Source: Macrostomum lignano
Taxonomy: Eukaryota
DNA length: 64,000 nt
NCBI GenBank assembly: GCA_002269645.1
Contig: NIVC01001737.1
Coordinates: forward strand, 1 to 64,000
Reading direction: 5' to 3'
Both the position numbers and the translations under genes were made by a program. Below, in pieces: positions 1 to 14,045 of the stretch. Numbering within the stretch: the first letter of the stretch is position 1; each line of letters begins with the position of its first letter. The notes beneath the pieces are model-generated. The model did not search any database. It had not been told where the DNA came from and saw only the letters and a list, made by a program, of their open reading frames with translations.

Positions 1-2678
1 CAGCGCCACGCCCCGTTTCTACAAGGCCCGGCCAGTACCTTACGCCCTGCGTGACAGCGTAGACAAGGAACTGCAGCGAATGGAGGCAGAGGGCGTCATC
101 ACTCCAATCACACTCCAGACACGGGCTCCGACTGGGCGGCGCCGATTGTTCCGGTCGTTAAGAAGGATGGCTCGGTGCGCATATGCGGAGACTACAAATG
201 CACCTTCAACCGCGTGGCCAAGCAGGAGCACTATCCATTGCCGAGGATCGAGGACCTGTTCGCACGGCTGGGCGGCGGCTACAAGTGGAGCAAGCTCGAC
301 CTGGCCAAGGCGTTTATGCAGCTGCCGATCTCCGAGGATAGCAAGCAGCTCCTCGTCGTCAACACCCAGCGAGGACTGTTTCAAGTCAACCGCTTGCCCT
401 TCGGCATCTGCTCGGCCAGCGCCATCTTCCAGCGCGTGCTCGACACCCTGGTGGGGCACCTCGACGGTGTTCAAGTCTACCAGGATAACATCTTGGTGAC
501 GGACTCTACATTGGCTGCGCACAAGGCCAACCTGATGCAAGTGCTGCACAAGCTGCAAGAGGCCGGTCTGCACATCAACGTGACCAAGTGCGCCTTCTTC
601 AGAGATTCGAACGACTACCTGGGTCACCGGATCGACCGTCACGGTTTGCGGCCACTCGCTGACAAGATCGAGGCCGTGCAGCGTGCGCCGGCGCCGACCG
701 ATGTGAGTCACGTGCGCTCCTACCTGGGCATGCTGACTCACTATGCAAAGTTCCTGCCCAACTTGGCGTCGTTGTAGCACCTCTCAACCACCTGCTTACC
801 AAGGGCGCAACTTGGAAATGGGGCGATCCCGAGGACCAGGCCTTCCGTGCTTCAAAGCAGCTGTTGCTGGACTCTGGTGCCCTGATGCACTTCAACCCGG
901 ACTTGCCTCTTCGGCTGGAGTGCGACGCGTCAGCATACGGCATTGGCGTCGTGCTCAGCCACCGCGTGAACGGCCAAGACCAAGCGATCGCTTTCGCCAG
1001 CAAGTCTCTGACCTCAGCCCAGCGCAATTACTCCCAGCTGGACAAGGAGGCGCTGGCAATCATCTACGGCGTGCAGCGCTTTCACCAATTTCTTTACGGT
1101 TGCCACTTCACCATCGTGACGGATCATCGGCCGCTCCTCGGACTGCTGGGCCCGGACAAGGAAATCCCGACGCGCGCTGCTGCCAGAATGCAGAGGTGGG
1201 CCATCTGACTATCGGGCTACCAGTACTCCATGGAGTTCCGGCCGACCGAGAAGCACGAAAACTGCGATTCCCTCTCCCGCCTGGCGCTCAAGGGCAACTT
1301 CGTCGAAGAAGCCGCGGTGCACTCGCTCACTCTAGAGGACGATTCGAGCGTCGCAGTGACTGCTGCTGCCATTGCCAAGGCAACTCAAGCCGACACGGCA
1401 CTGTCAAAGCTGCTGTGGGCCCTGCGGTCGGGAGCTGCCAGCTAACGACTTCCCGGACTTCGCCCATCGTCAAGCAGAGCTTTCAGTCGAAGCCGGTTGT
1501 GTGCTGATGGGATCTCGCGTCGTTATCCCGGACACCCTGCGCCAGTCGGTGCTGCGGGAGCTGCATCTGGCACATCCCGGTGCGAGCCGAATGAAGGCCC
1601 TCGCACGGAGCTTCGTCTGGTGGTCTGGGCTAGACAAGGAACTAGAGCAGCTCGGGAGAGAGTGCGACACCTGCAGAGCTCATCAGGCAGACCCAGCAAA
1701 GGCTCCAGTGCATCCCTGGCTGTTCCCCAACGAACCATGGAGCCGCCTACATGTCGACTTCGCCGGCCCAGTTAACGGTCGAATGTACATAGTCATTGTC
1801 GACGCCTACAGCAAATGGCCCGAAGTTCGCCTCATCAGCGACACGTCTGCTGGCGGGACCATCGGCATCTCCGTGACGTATTCTGCAACTTGGGCCTGCC
1901 AAGGATTCTCGTCTCCGACAACGGCCCCCAGTTCGCCTCTCGTGAGTTCGCTGACTTCATGCGTAGCAACGGGATCCGGCACGTGACTTCAGCGCCCTAC
2001 CACCCGGCCACCAACGGACAGGCCGAAAGATTCGTGCAGACGCTGAAATCTCACATCAGGAAGTCGGGTCACTCTGCGGAAGCCATGCAGCGCTTCCTGT
2101 TTGCCTACCGGATCACGCCGCATTCGAGCACCGGTGCCTCACCAAGCGAACTGCTATTCGGACGTCGCCTGCGATCCCGGCTGGACCTCCTGCGACCGTC
2201 CCTGGCTGAACAGATGCGACACCGTCAGAGTGCGAGCACCGACTCGACGCCCCGCCAAGCCCGGTCCTTCGAAGTTGGTGACACCGTGCGAGTGAAGACC
2301 TTCGGCAAGGATGCCGGCTGGCGGCCCGGCCTCGTCATGGCGGCGGGCAAGCGCAACTATGATGTCAAGGTCGGCGAGGGCATCGTCCAGCGCCACATCG
2401 ACCAACTCCTGCCAGAGCAGCGTCAGCAGCCTCCAGCAGTACCGGCTGTCGCGGCACCCGACCGAGTACCACCATCAATCTCCGAAACGACACCGCCGTC
2501 TGAGGTGGGCCCGGACAGCTCAACTTCGGAGACTTCGGCAGCGGCCCCGACAGCTGCTCTCGCTGGACCTGCTCCTGCTCCGATCACGGAAGTCGCCGGA
2601 CAGCAGGCCGGAGCAATGCGCCGATATCCAGAACGCATACGGCTCGCGCCTGCCAGGTTTCAGGCGGGCAGTGATTGA
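1..2678 (+). pseudogene. pol: Gypsy pol (RT, RNase H, integrase) broken by frameshifts and stops
   Basis: RT: WAAPIVPVVKKDGSVRICGDY, YPLPRIEDLF, LDLAKAFMQL, RLPFGI, YQDN. RNase H: ECDASAYGIGVVL, NYSQLDKEALAI, TDHRPL. Integrase: HLAHPG...CDTC zinc finger, WSRLHVDFAGP, VSDNGPQF, NGQAERFV. Frameshifts near 120, 775, 1440 and 1860; in-frame stop at 1206. Confidence 0.93.
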
Positions 2679-2749
2679 ACCTTGTGACAGACTTGACTCA
2701 GAAACAAATCTTGAATCACCATGCTTTTTTTCGAGTTTTGACTCCCTGT

Positions 2750-2970
2750 GGGGAGGAAGTGTCGTGTAGCTACCAGTATGTGCATGCACTCAGTACGAGT
2801 ATTGATTTGTATTTGTACTTTCCTATTATTTCTTTCTCTATTATTATCTACGCAAGCTTGGCACGTTAGGTTTGAGTTATTGCTATTTGAGTTATGGGCA
2901 AATTGTGTACGCTTAAATTATGTCATCACTCTCGCGCACGTAGCATCGCTTAACAATATAAATACAGACA
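2750..2970 (+). repeat. Polypurine tract (2750-2759) and putative 3' LTR (2760-2970)
   Basis: GGGGAGGAAG directly precedes TGTC at 2760; the segment ends AATATAAATACAGACA at 2970 (TGTC/GACA 4 bp terminal inverted repeat). The partner LTR is not in the window. Confidence 0.7.
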
Positions 2971-3038
2971 TCAGAGCTTTGATAGCTCTCTCGTAGTCTT
3001 CAACCACTTTAAACAAGCAGCATAGCTGATTTACCACA

Positions 3039-3515
3039 ATGACCACATAGTAGCCACTATGACCACATAGTAGCCACTATGACCACATAGTAGCCACTAT
3101 GATCAGATAGTAGCCACTGTGATCAGATAGTAGCCACTATGATCAGATAGTAGCCACTGTGATCAGATAGTAGCCACTATGACTAGATAGTAGCCACTAT
3201 GACCAGATAGTAGCCACTATGATCACATAGCAGCCACTATGACCACATAGTAGCCACTATGATCAGATAGTAGCCACTATGATCAGATAGTAGCCACTGT
3301 GATCAGATAGTAGCCACTATGATCAGATAGTAGCCACTATGACCAGCTAGTAGCCACTATGACCAGATAGTAGCCACTATAACCAGATAGTAGCCACTAT
3401 GATCAGATAGTAGCCACTATGACCAGATAGTAGCCACTATGACCAGATAGTAGCCACTATGACCAGATAGTAGCCACTATGACCAGATAGTAGCCACTAT
3501 GACCAGATAGTAGCC
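3039..3515. repeat. 20-bp minisatellite ATGA(C/T)CA(C/G)ATAGTAGCCACT
   Basis: Direct reading, about 24 units. Confidence 0.95.
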
Positions 3516-4251
3516 GCCTTATCTCATAGGATCTCTTATTCTATCTTAATTGACCCACTTTCAAGTCTGTGGTTTGCGTCAGCAGGTGCTGGGGGTGCTT
3601 ACTTAATTCCCTGAGCATATCGCGCTAGCCGTCTCACTTTATAATGTAAGTGTGGACAATGAGGCAGAACGAACTCTATAGTTCTAGTTCTCTACTCTGA
3701 CTGCAGCCATCATGCTTCATGCTGAAAACCCCAGCCGGATCTGGCAGACTACCTGACTGCCCCTCAGAACTGGGCCAATAATAACTTGAGGCGCACAGTC
3801 AAAGTTAGAGCTTCAATCTGCTGAAAAAGCGACCTGCAGAGAAAGACGCCATGTCAATAATGAACATTCAGATTTGTACTCAAGTTGACAGGGCTTTGCC
3901 AATTTACAAACGCGTACAATTTGGGCAAGTGTGCAATTAGCGGCTTATAAACTGATAAGTGAAGGAGTTGATAAACGAGTCAGCTGTTAGAAATTTGTCA
4001 TATGAAAACTTTTTTTGAGTTCTTTAAACGATTCCTTGCTTAAGAAACAGCACAACAGATGAGAGATCAGTTGGATTTTCTCAGCACCTGTTGCTCATCT
4101 GATCGATCGCGATTTACAGGCGACGACAACAGTCGGATCTACCATCGGCTGCCGGAGGAGGCTTGTCAAGACGGTGGCAACAAAAGGAAAGTCAAGACGA
4201 AAAGAAGAATTAAAAAGGTAATTTGGTTAAAATGTAAAAAGAGAAACAGAC

Positions 4252-4765
4252 GAGAGAAGAGTGACAGGGGAGAGAAGAGTGACAGGAGAGAGGAGAGTGA
4301 CAGGAGAGAGGAGAGTGACAAGGGAGAGAGGAGAGTGACAAGGGAGAGAAGAGTGACAGGAGAGAGGAGAGGGACAAGGCAGAGGAGAGTGACAGGAGAG
4401 AGGAGAGTGACAAGGGAGAGAAGAGTGACAGGAGAGAGGAGAGTGACAAGGGAGAGAAGAGTGACAGGAGAGAGGAGAGTGACAAGGGAGAGAAGAGTGA
4501 CAGGAGAGAGGAGAGTGACAGGAGAGAGGAGAGTGACAAAGGAGAGAAGAGTGACAGGAGAGAGGAGAGTGACAAGGGAGATAAGAGTGACAGGAGAGAG
4601 GAGAGGGACAAGGCAGAGGAGAGTGACAGGAGAGAGGAGAGTGACAAGGGAGAGAAGAGTGACAGGAGAGAGGAGAGTGACAAGGGAGAGAAGAGTGACA
4701 GGAGAGAGGAGAGTGACAAGGGAGAGAAGAGTGACACGAGAGAGGAGAGTGACACGAGAGAGAAG
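4252..4765. repeat. Purine-rich 18/36-bp minisatellite (GAGTGACAGGAGAGAGGA / GAGTGACAAGGGAGAGAA)
   Basis: Direct reading; source of spurious ORFs 4059-4861. Confidence 0.95.
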
Positions 4766-5304
4766 GGAGGTAGACGCATTAAAAGGTGAAGTGGGTGAAG
4801 TGAAACAAGAGAACAAGAAAACGCGATAACACCAACAGGATTCTTGGACTTCGATTATCAATTAGATATTATTATTTGTAGGTAATATTCAAAGGGTACT
4901 ACTTAGTAGTTTGTTTAGAATTTCGCAGAGTTCCGATTTTGCAATCGAAATTTTAATTTTCTTGACTAAATAACTCTTTTAGACCCGGCCATTCATTCGG
5001 TTAGCTAATGGAATTAACAACACCTGTTAAAAATTCCAGCTTCTAAAGAAGCCGAGCCTGTCAAAATTGTCTTCTTGGCTGTTGGCAATCAGCGAAGTTC
5101 TGCAAAGTGTACCGGAAGCGCTTCTAGTGACGGATCCGGTCTATGCGTTCGATCGCAGTCGATCTGCTAACTAAAATGAAGTTGTAACACTCTTGTACAG
5201 AGTCAAACACGTTATTTAGCTATCCAATGTGCAGGTAGCACGAGTACTGCTTTATTTGGTCGTCCAAAATTACTTTAACTTTTCAAGCGCTGTGTAACAT
5301 GCGA

Positions 5305-6531
5305 TATTAGCGACTCCTGACTTAGATGTTAGTGACTGCTGACATAGATATTAGCTACTCCTGACATAGATATTAGCGACTCCTGACTTAGATGTTAGTG
5401 ACTGCTGACATAGATATTAGCTACTCCTGACATAGATATTAGCTATTCCTGACATAGATATTAGCGACTCCTGACATAGATATTAGCTTCTCCTGACATA
5501 GATATTAGCGACTCCTGACATAGATATTAGCGACTCCTGACATAGATATTAGCGACTCCTGACATAGATATTAGCGACTCCTGACATAGATATTAGCTTC
5601 TCCTGACATAGATGTTAGTGACTGCTGACATAGATATTAGCTTCTCCTGACATAGATATTAGCGACTCCTGACTTAGATGTTAGTGACTGCTGACATAGA
5701 TATTAGCTACTCCTGACATAGATATTAGCTATTCCTGACATAGATATTAGCTTCTCCTGACATAGATATTAGCTTCTCCTCACATAGATATTAGCGACTC
5801 CTGACATAGATATTAGCTACTCCTGACATAGATATTAGCGACTCCTGACTTAGATGTTAGTGACTGCTGACATAGATATTAGCTACTCCTGACATAGATA
5901 TTAGCGACTCCTGACATAGATATTAGCTACTCCTGACATAGATATTAGCGACTCCTGACATAGATATTAGCTTCTCCTGACATAGATATTAGCTTCTCCT
6001 GACATAGATGCTAGTGACTGCTGACATAGATATTAGCGTCTCCGACATAGATATTAGCGACTCCTGACATAGATATTAGCTACTCCTGATATGGATATTA
6101 GCGACTCCTGACATAGATATTAGCGACTCCTGACATAGATATTAGCTTCTCCTGACACAGATATTAGCGACTCTTGACATAGATGTTAGCGAGTCATGAC
6201 ATGGATATTAGCGTCTCCTGACAGATATTAGCTACTCCTGACATAGATATTAGTTACTCCTGACATAGATGTTAGCTACTCCTGATATGGATATTAGCGA
6301 CTCCTGACATAGATATTAGCGACTCCTGACATAGATATTAGCTACTCCTGATATGGATATTAGCTTCTCCTGACACAGATATTAGCGACTCTTGACATAG
6401 ATGTTAGCGAGTCATGACATGGATATTAGCGTCTCCTGACATAGATATTAGCTACTCCTGACATAGATATTAGTTACTCCTGACATAGATGTTAGCGTCT
6501 CCTGACATGGATATTAGCTACTCCTGACATA
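5305..6531. repeat. 22-bp minisatellite GACATAGATATTAGCGACTCCT with variants
   Basis: Direct reading. Confidence 0.95.
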
Positions 6532-7004
6532 GTTCATGGTGCCCCTTGTCTCCCAGACACATCAAATTGCAGTGCATTATTAAAAAGATGTTTCATCGAA
6601 ATCAAATTTCGCCCTAATTCGAATTTGCCGCAATAATCCCGAGGATAAATGATTAATTTAAATTACATTTTTTCCTGTGTACGTGTAATGATATGGAAAA
6701 TCTATCGGGTTCTCGTGTCTGCGGATTTTATTTAATTATAGTAATCGAGGCCCCTTGAAACTGTATTAAATTATTGATAATTTTGCAGTGCGATACGAAA
6801 GAATTCCGCACTGTAACTATGGGGAACAAGGCGAATTCACTAATCCAATTTCAGTAGTTAATTTTTTGCCGACGTCTCAACTGAATTGTTGCATCTGGTA
6901 GAGGCTTGAGAATTTTTTCTCTTGCAGCTTGTACTATCATATCCGCGATCTCTCCGTTTCGGGCAAGAGTACTCCAGCATGCCTCAGCTCTCTTGGTTTT
7001 TCTA

Positions 7005-7810
7005 TCCTCTCCACTCCTCTCTCTTTTCCTCTCATCTTCTCTCCTCTCATCATCTCTCCTCTCATCATCTCTCCTCTCATCATCTCTCCTCCCATCTCAT
7101 CTCTCCTTTCCTCTCATCTTCTCTCCTCTCATCATCTCTCCTCTCATCATCTCTCCTCTCATCATCTCTCCTCCCATCTCATCTCTCCTTTCCTCTCGTC
7201 TTCTCTCCTCTCATCATCTCTCCTCTCATCATCTCTCCTCCCATCTCATCTTCTCTCCGCTCATCTTCTCTCCTCTCATCTCCACTCATCTCATCTCATC
7301 TCTCCTTTCCTCTCATCTTCTCTCCGCTCATCTTCTCTCCTCTCATCTTCTCTCCTCCCATCTCATCTCTCCTTTCCTCTCATCTTCTCTCCGCTCATCT
7401 TCTCTCCTCTCATCTCCACTCATCTCATCTCATCTCTCCTTTCCTCTCATCTTCTCTCCGCTCATCTTCTCTCCTCTCATCTTCTCTCCTCCCATCTCAT
7501 CTCTCCTTTCCTCTCATCTTCTCTCCGCTCATCTTCTCTCCTCTCATCTCCACTCATCTCATCTCATCTCTCCTTTCCTCTCATCTTCTCTCCGCTCATC
7601 TTCTCTCCTCTCATCTCCACTCATCTCATCTCATCTCTCCTTTCCTCTCATCTTCTCTCCGCTCATCTTCTCTCCTCTCATCTTCTCTCCGCTCATCTTC
7701 TCTCCTCTCATCATCTCTCCTCCCATCTCGTCTCTCCTTTCCCCTCATCTTCTCTCCACTCATCTTCTCTCATCTCATCGCATCTCATCGCATCTCATCT
7801 CCTCTTCTCA
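7005..7810. repeat. Pyrimidine-rich repeat (CTCTCCTCTCATCTT-like)
   Basis: Direct reading. Confidence 0.9.
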
Positions 7811-8384
7811 ATTTTCTTCTCATCTTAACCCCTTTTTGCAATATTTCTCAGTTAATTTCATATTATCTCATCTCGTCTCAGCTCATATCTTTTCACACCC
7901 TCTCGTCTCCTAACATCTCAACTCAACATCTCAACAGTGATTTATGCTATTTACAGCTGATCACACACAAAGAAGGACTAGAAATGAGCTGAAGATAATC
8001 GTTACAAATATTTGACCTCCCACACTGCTTTGTCTATTTAGTCAGCCATCGCATACCACACTGGCACGGTGGTCATGTAATATACAATCTATGAGCGTAA
8101 CCACGGCCACACAATTTAGTGCACACTATATTAATCTAATTAAAATGCGAGCACACACTTCCTGACACAGGATTGTCTCGGCTCTGTCTCATTAGGCATA
8201 AGAGAGATAGAGACCTACACCACAAGTAACTGGGTCTCTCATTTGAATATTATTTTAAGTTATTTATTTTCGTTAGGTTGAGTAAACAATTAACTGCACA
8301 CACTTTTTTTCGAACTTTTGCATTGGTTTCTTAGAGACTGAAATCGATGCGCTTCTTATTGAATTAGCCGCTCTGACGAACTTT

Positions 8385-9048
8385 ATCGCCTGTCTCTTCT
8401 CCCGCTGCCTGTCCTCTTTGCTTGTCTCTTCTCCCGCTGCTTGTCCTCTTTGCCTGTCTCTTCTCCCGCTGCCTGTCCTCTTTGCCTGTCTCTTCTCCCG
8501 TTGCTTGTCCTCTTTGCCTGTCTCTCCATCCGCTGCCTGTCCTCTATTGCCTGTCTCTTATCCCGCTGCCTGTCCTCTTTGCTTGTCTCTTCTCCCGCTG
8601 CTTGTCTTCTTTGCCTGTCTCTTATCCCGCTGCCTGTCCTCTTTGCTTGTCTCTTCTCCCGCTGCTTGTCCTCTTTGCCTGTCTCTTATCCCGCTGCCTG
8701 TCCTCTTTGCTTGTCTCTTCTCCCGCTGCTTGTCTTCTTTGCCTGTCTCTTCTCCCGCTGCCTGTCCTCTATCGCCTGTCTCTCCATCCGCTGCCTGTCC
8801 TCTATTGCCTGTCTCTCCATCCGCTGCCTGTCCTCTATTGCCTGTCTCTCCATCCGCTGCCTGTCCTCTATTGCCTGTCTCTTCTCCCGCTGCCTGTCCT
8901 CTATTGCCTGTCTCTCCATCCGCTGCCTGTCCTCTATTGCCTGTCTCTCCATCCGCTGCCTGTCCTCTATTGCCTGTCTCTCCATCCGCTGCCTGTCCTC
9001 TATTGCCTGTCTCTTCTCCCGCTGCCTGTCCTCTATTGCCTGTCTCTC
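8385..9048. repeat. About 33-bp minisatellite CCGCTGCCTGTCCTCTATTGCCTGTCTCTCCAT
   Basis: Direct reading. Confidence 0.92.
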
Positions 9049-9088
9049 CACCCCTGTCCCTCTGGTACAGCCAGTTTCTCCTCCACCC

Positions 9089-9388
9089 TCCAACCTGTCC
9101 TCCAACCTGTCCTCCAACCTGTCCTCCAACCTGTCCTCCAACCTGTCCTCCAACCTGTCCTCCAACCTGTCCTCCAACCTGTCCTCCAACCTGTCCTCCA
9201 ACCTGTCCTCCAACCTGTCCTCCAACCTGTCCTCCAACCTGTCCTCCAACCTGTCCTCCAACCTGTCCTCCAACCTGTCCTCCAACCTGTCCTCCAACCT
9301 GTCCTCCAACCTGTCCTCCAACCTGTCCTCCAACCTGTCCTCCAACCTGTCCTCCAACCTGTCCTCCAACCTGTCCTCCAACCTGTCC
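9089..9388. repeat. Perfect 12-bp repeat TCCAACCTGTCC, about 25 units
   Basis: Direct reading. Confidence 0.97.
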
Positions 9389-10204
9389 TTTTAACTGTGA
9401 CTTTCTTCAACTGAAAAATTCAGCGCTCCAGTCTGTTACACTCGGGAGCGGAATTATAGTCAGTGGAAAGGCAGCAACACAGCGACTTCTTGTACTTATA
9501 CACTGATCCTTACTCCTGATAACCTCCTTATGATAGCCCATACAGACCTGTTGGCTGCTGCACTTCTTCCTTCCACCCAGTTTGCGGAACAAACCGTGAA
9601 CGCCCCTGGACACAGAGAGGCTGACTCCCGGGAGGTAAGCATTATAATTATATCGACATCAAGGACTTACCCAACCTTCCGCTAAAATCTCCTTCTCCAT
9701 CGCTTCCCAAAAGTCTGGGCCAAAGTGCCAATTGGGTCAAGGTGTCTGTAACTGGGGCGCCATTGTGTCGGCCGTTAAACTTTCAAGGAGATTGCGAGAC
9801 AAAAACCTGGGAGTAGAGAAAATCCTTCGTAAGTAGTAATGCTTCTACAATAGGAGGCTGGTTAGCAGTGTACAATATCCGTAGGACACGGCCTTTTCTT
9901 GTATAAGTAAAGCTGAAACTAACCTGATTCAGTTGCTGATCCAGATTCTAGTGCTGGATCTCCTTGAAAAGAACAATCCGGAAAGCGCGCTGTTCTGCTG
10001 CCGACCCGTGTGGTCTCGGCCCGATAATCAAAGGTTATACGGGTTTGCAATTTTTCTACTGTAGTTCTCTGGCAGGGTGTTGCACCCTGTTGCTGCTTCT
10101 GTAAAATTACCAGTTCGCTTTCGTTCCGTCACGCCAGTGTCTAACTGATTTCTTCGGGGGCTAAGGAAGAAACTCATTGGCAAGAAGGAATCAATTTACG
10201 TATA

Positions 10205-11190
10205 TTTTCTATACATATCGGATTAAGAAGGGCCTAATTTATATTTCTATCGATACATATCGGATGAAGAATAATCTATTTTATAATTACTATCGATACA
10301 TATCGGATGAAGAATAATCTATTTTATAATTACTATCGATACATATCGGATGAAGAATATTCTATTTTATAATTACTATCGATACATATCGGATGAAGAA
10401 TAGTCTATTTTATATTTAATATCGATACATATCGGATGTAGAATAATCTAATTTATAATTACTATCGATACATATCGGATGAAGAATAGTCTATTTTATA
10501 TTTAATATCGATACATATCGGATGTAGAATAATCTAATTTATAATTACTATCGATACATATCGGATGAAGAATAATCTATTTTATAATTACTATCGATAC
10601 ATATCGGATGAAGAATAATCTATTTTATAAATACTATCGATACATATCGGATGAAGAATAATCTATTTTATAATTACTATCGATACATATCGGATGAAGA
10701 ATAGTCTATTTTATATTTAATATCGATACATATCGGATGAAGAATAGTCTATTTTATAATTACTATCGATACATATCGGATGAAGAATAATCTATTTTAT
10801 AATTACTATCGATACATATCGGATGAAGAATAATCTATTTTATAATTACTATCGATACATATAGGATGTAGAATAACCTATTTTATATTTACTATCGATA
10901 CATATAGGATGTAGAATAATCAATTTTATATTTACTATCGATACGTATCGGATGAAGAATAATCTATTTTATAATTACTATCGATACATATCGGATCTAG
11001 AAAAATCTATTTTATATTTACTATCGATACATATTGGATGTAGAATAACCTACTTTATATTTAATATCGATACATATCGGATGTAGAATAACCTATTTTA
11101 TATTTAATATCGATACATATTGGATGTAGAATAACCTATTTTATATTTACCATTGATACATATCGGATGAAGAAGGGCCTAATTTATATT
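10205..11190. repeat. AT-rich 43-bp minisatellite ATCGATACATATCGGATGAAGAATAATCTATTTTATAATTACT
   Basis: Direct reading. Confidence 0.95.
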
Positions 11191-11589
11191 CTACTTGTAT
11201 TTAGTCTCTATGCATACCGAGTGGTCAATTAAGCAAATTGAACCGTCCAAAACTTACTTTCCTGGGAGTGCGCTTGGCAAAAGCAATGTAGAAAACTTTC
11301 ATTAAGCAAAGCAACCGGGTTTCATTCTCAGAATGTAAAATTTTAACCCAAGAAAACTTTTTCTTCAAATCTGCTCAAAGCGCTTGAAGGGGTGGCAATT
11401 TAATTAACAAAAACGACAGAGAATCTTGAAGAAAAACTTTGCCCCACCCAGGGGAATTAGTGACTTCCCCCACCCAACAAAGGGGAACAAAAAGTTGAAG
11501 TATAGCTGTTGACAAAAGTGTTTTTTCCTGAAAGATCTGGCACTTTCGCTCAAAGAAATAATTAAGTCCCTCCCAGTTTTCTCATCTCC

Positions 11590-12345
11590 CCCTTCCATCT
11601 CTCCCATCTATCTCACTTCCATCTCACTCATCCCCTCATCTCTCCCATCTATCTCACTTCCATCTCACTCATCCCCTCATCTCTCCCATCTATCTCACTT
11701 CCATCTCACTCATCCCCTCATCTCTCCCATCTATCTCACTTCCATCTCACTCATCCCCTCATCTCTCTCATCTATCTCACTTCCATCTCACTCATCCCCT
11801 CATCTCTCCCATCTATCTCACTTCCATCTCACTCATCCCCTCATCTCTCCCATCTATCTCACTTCCATCTCACTCATCCCCTCATCTCTATCTCTCTCAT
11901 CTCTCTCATCTCACTTCCATCTCACTCATCCCCTCATCTCTATCTCTCTCATCTCTCTCATCTCACTTCCATCTCACTCATCCCCTCATCTCTATCTCTC
12001 TCATCTCTCTCATCTCACTTCCATCTCACTCATCCCCTCATCTCTATCTCTCTCATCTCTCTCATCTCTCTTCCATCTTGCTCATCTCCCCCTCATCTTC
12101 CTCTTATCTCCTTTTTATCTCTCATCTTCCATCATCTCTCTTATCTCCCTCTGATCTCTCTCTTATCTTTCTCATCTCTCATCTCCCCTTATCTATCTCA
12201 TCTCCCTCCTATCTCTCTTTTATTTCCCTTTCACCTCTCATCTCCCCCTCATCTCTCACATCTTCTCCTCATCTGTCTCATCTCCCTATCTCCCTCCTAT
12301 CTCTTTTTTATCTCCCTTTCATCTCTTATCTCTCATCCCCCTTCT
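11590..12345. repeat. 41-bp pyrimidine-rich minisatellite decaying into CT-rich low complexity
   Basis: CATCTCTCCCATCTATCTCACTTCCATCTCACTCATCCCCT units. Confidence 0.9.
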
Positions 12346-13615
12346 ATCTCTGCAATCGAAATTCCATCCAATACACTAACATCTGGTTAGTTCTCTGAAC
12401 TAACATGACAACCACTTGCATATTTTATTGACTCGGTGTTTTTCGAAGCATTCTAAGCATTTGCCTAAGAAGACGATAAACCACAAAAGTTATCGCCACC
12501 AGTCTCTCAAGGTCTTGAACAGCGCAAAGTAGCAGACCGCAGACGCGAACTGTATAAATTGCTGCGAGCACATTTGAAAGAGAATCATAAGAGGTCTGGT
12601 TTATGTCACGCTTGTTAGCTTTGACGAAATAATATAATATAGGAAACACAGCTTCACCCAGTTCAGACAGAACTAGATGTACATTACACACAGTTACGTG
12701 GTATTAGTCACGTGGTTGCGAATCGGTTTCGTTAACTGCCCGACTCTGCGAATTGCAATCATAATCCACAGATGCAAATTGTATTCAGATCTGCCTGTGC
12801 TTGCTTGTATATCTGTAATGCTCTAAGGATTGAATGGCGCTAAGATATCAGCCAATGCACTTAAGAAACATTGAAATTACGCGTATCTGGCCGAGGCCAA
12901 AGATCAAAGGGAAAGTTAAGATTATAGACCATGGCTTAAGGGGAGTTGCTGAGGTACCAATGCTCAATGTGCCGATATCTTTAGAATTCGTGCTTTAAAG
13001 CTTAAAACTACATCTTTAAAAAGCTCTCTGTGCACCCAAAATCCTACGAGTATATGCATAGATAGACAGCATAGTAGTTTTTGAAAATCATTTTGCCTCC
13101 CCAAAACGGGGGGCATAGATTGCTAGTCCAATATACCAAAATTATCGATATATTGCTGCGTCTCTCCACTGGAGTGTTTTAAGTGGCGCTCTTTTGCCCG
13201 CTCTCATCTTGTTTGCCCCGGGCAAACACAGAACAGTAAAGGATTTATTGAATACGAATAAAATGTATTTAGTCGATTATATTTGTCGCCAAAGTGAGAT
13301 TAACTCTCTTTTTATACATAGGAGGATATTAAAGTTTTATTCAGTATCAACACAAAGCTGACTTCCCGATAAAGACTAGGGAATTTGAGTTCCACACATT
13401 TGCTCTGCATCTTTGATAAAGAAGCCTTCCAAACTAGGGCATTGAGTCTGACTTCCGTGACTTCTGAGGGATCGAATGTTCTGCTGGTCTGGGGGCTTGG
13501 TCTGGGGATAAGATGGTAAGGGCTGACTTCGGATCCGCTTGTCGAGATTTGGCTTCCTGCCAAAGGCCGGCCTGGAATTGAATCTAGTGCAAAATCTCTA
13601 TCCAACTCTCTATTC

Positions 13616-14045
<430 letters not shown>

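Larger units (their letters stand above)
1..2970 (+). mobile_element. Ty3/Gypsy LTR retrotransposon, 3' part (pol, PPT, 3' LTR), degenerate; 5' part lies outside the window
   Basis: Domain order RT-RNaseH-integrase is diagnostic of Gypsy; pol is followed by a polypurine tract and a TG...CA-bounded segment. Confidence 0.95.

Noticed and set aside
40-780. 246-aa minus-strand ORF and other ORFs overlapping the Gypsy pol and LINE ORF2
   Set aside because: Shadow ORFs of GC-rich coding sequence; no recognisable motifs.
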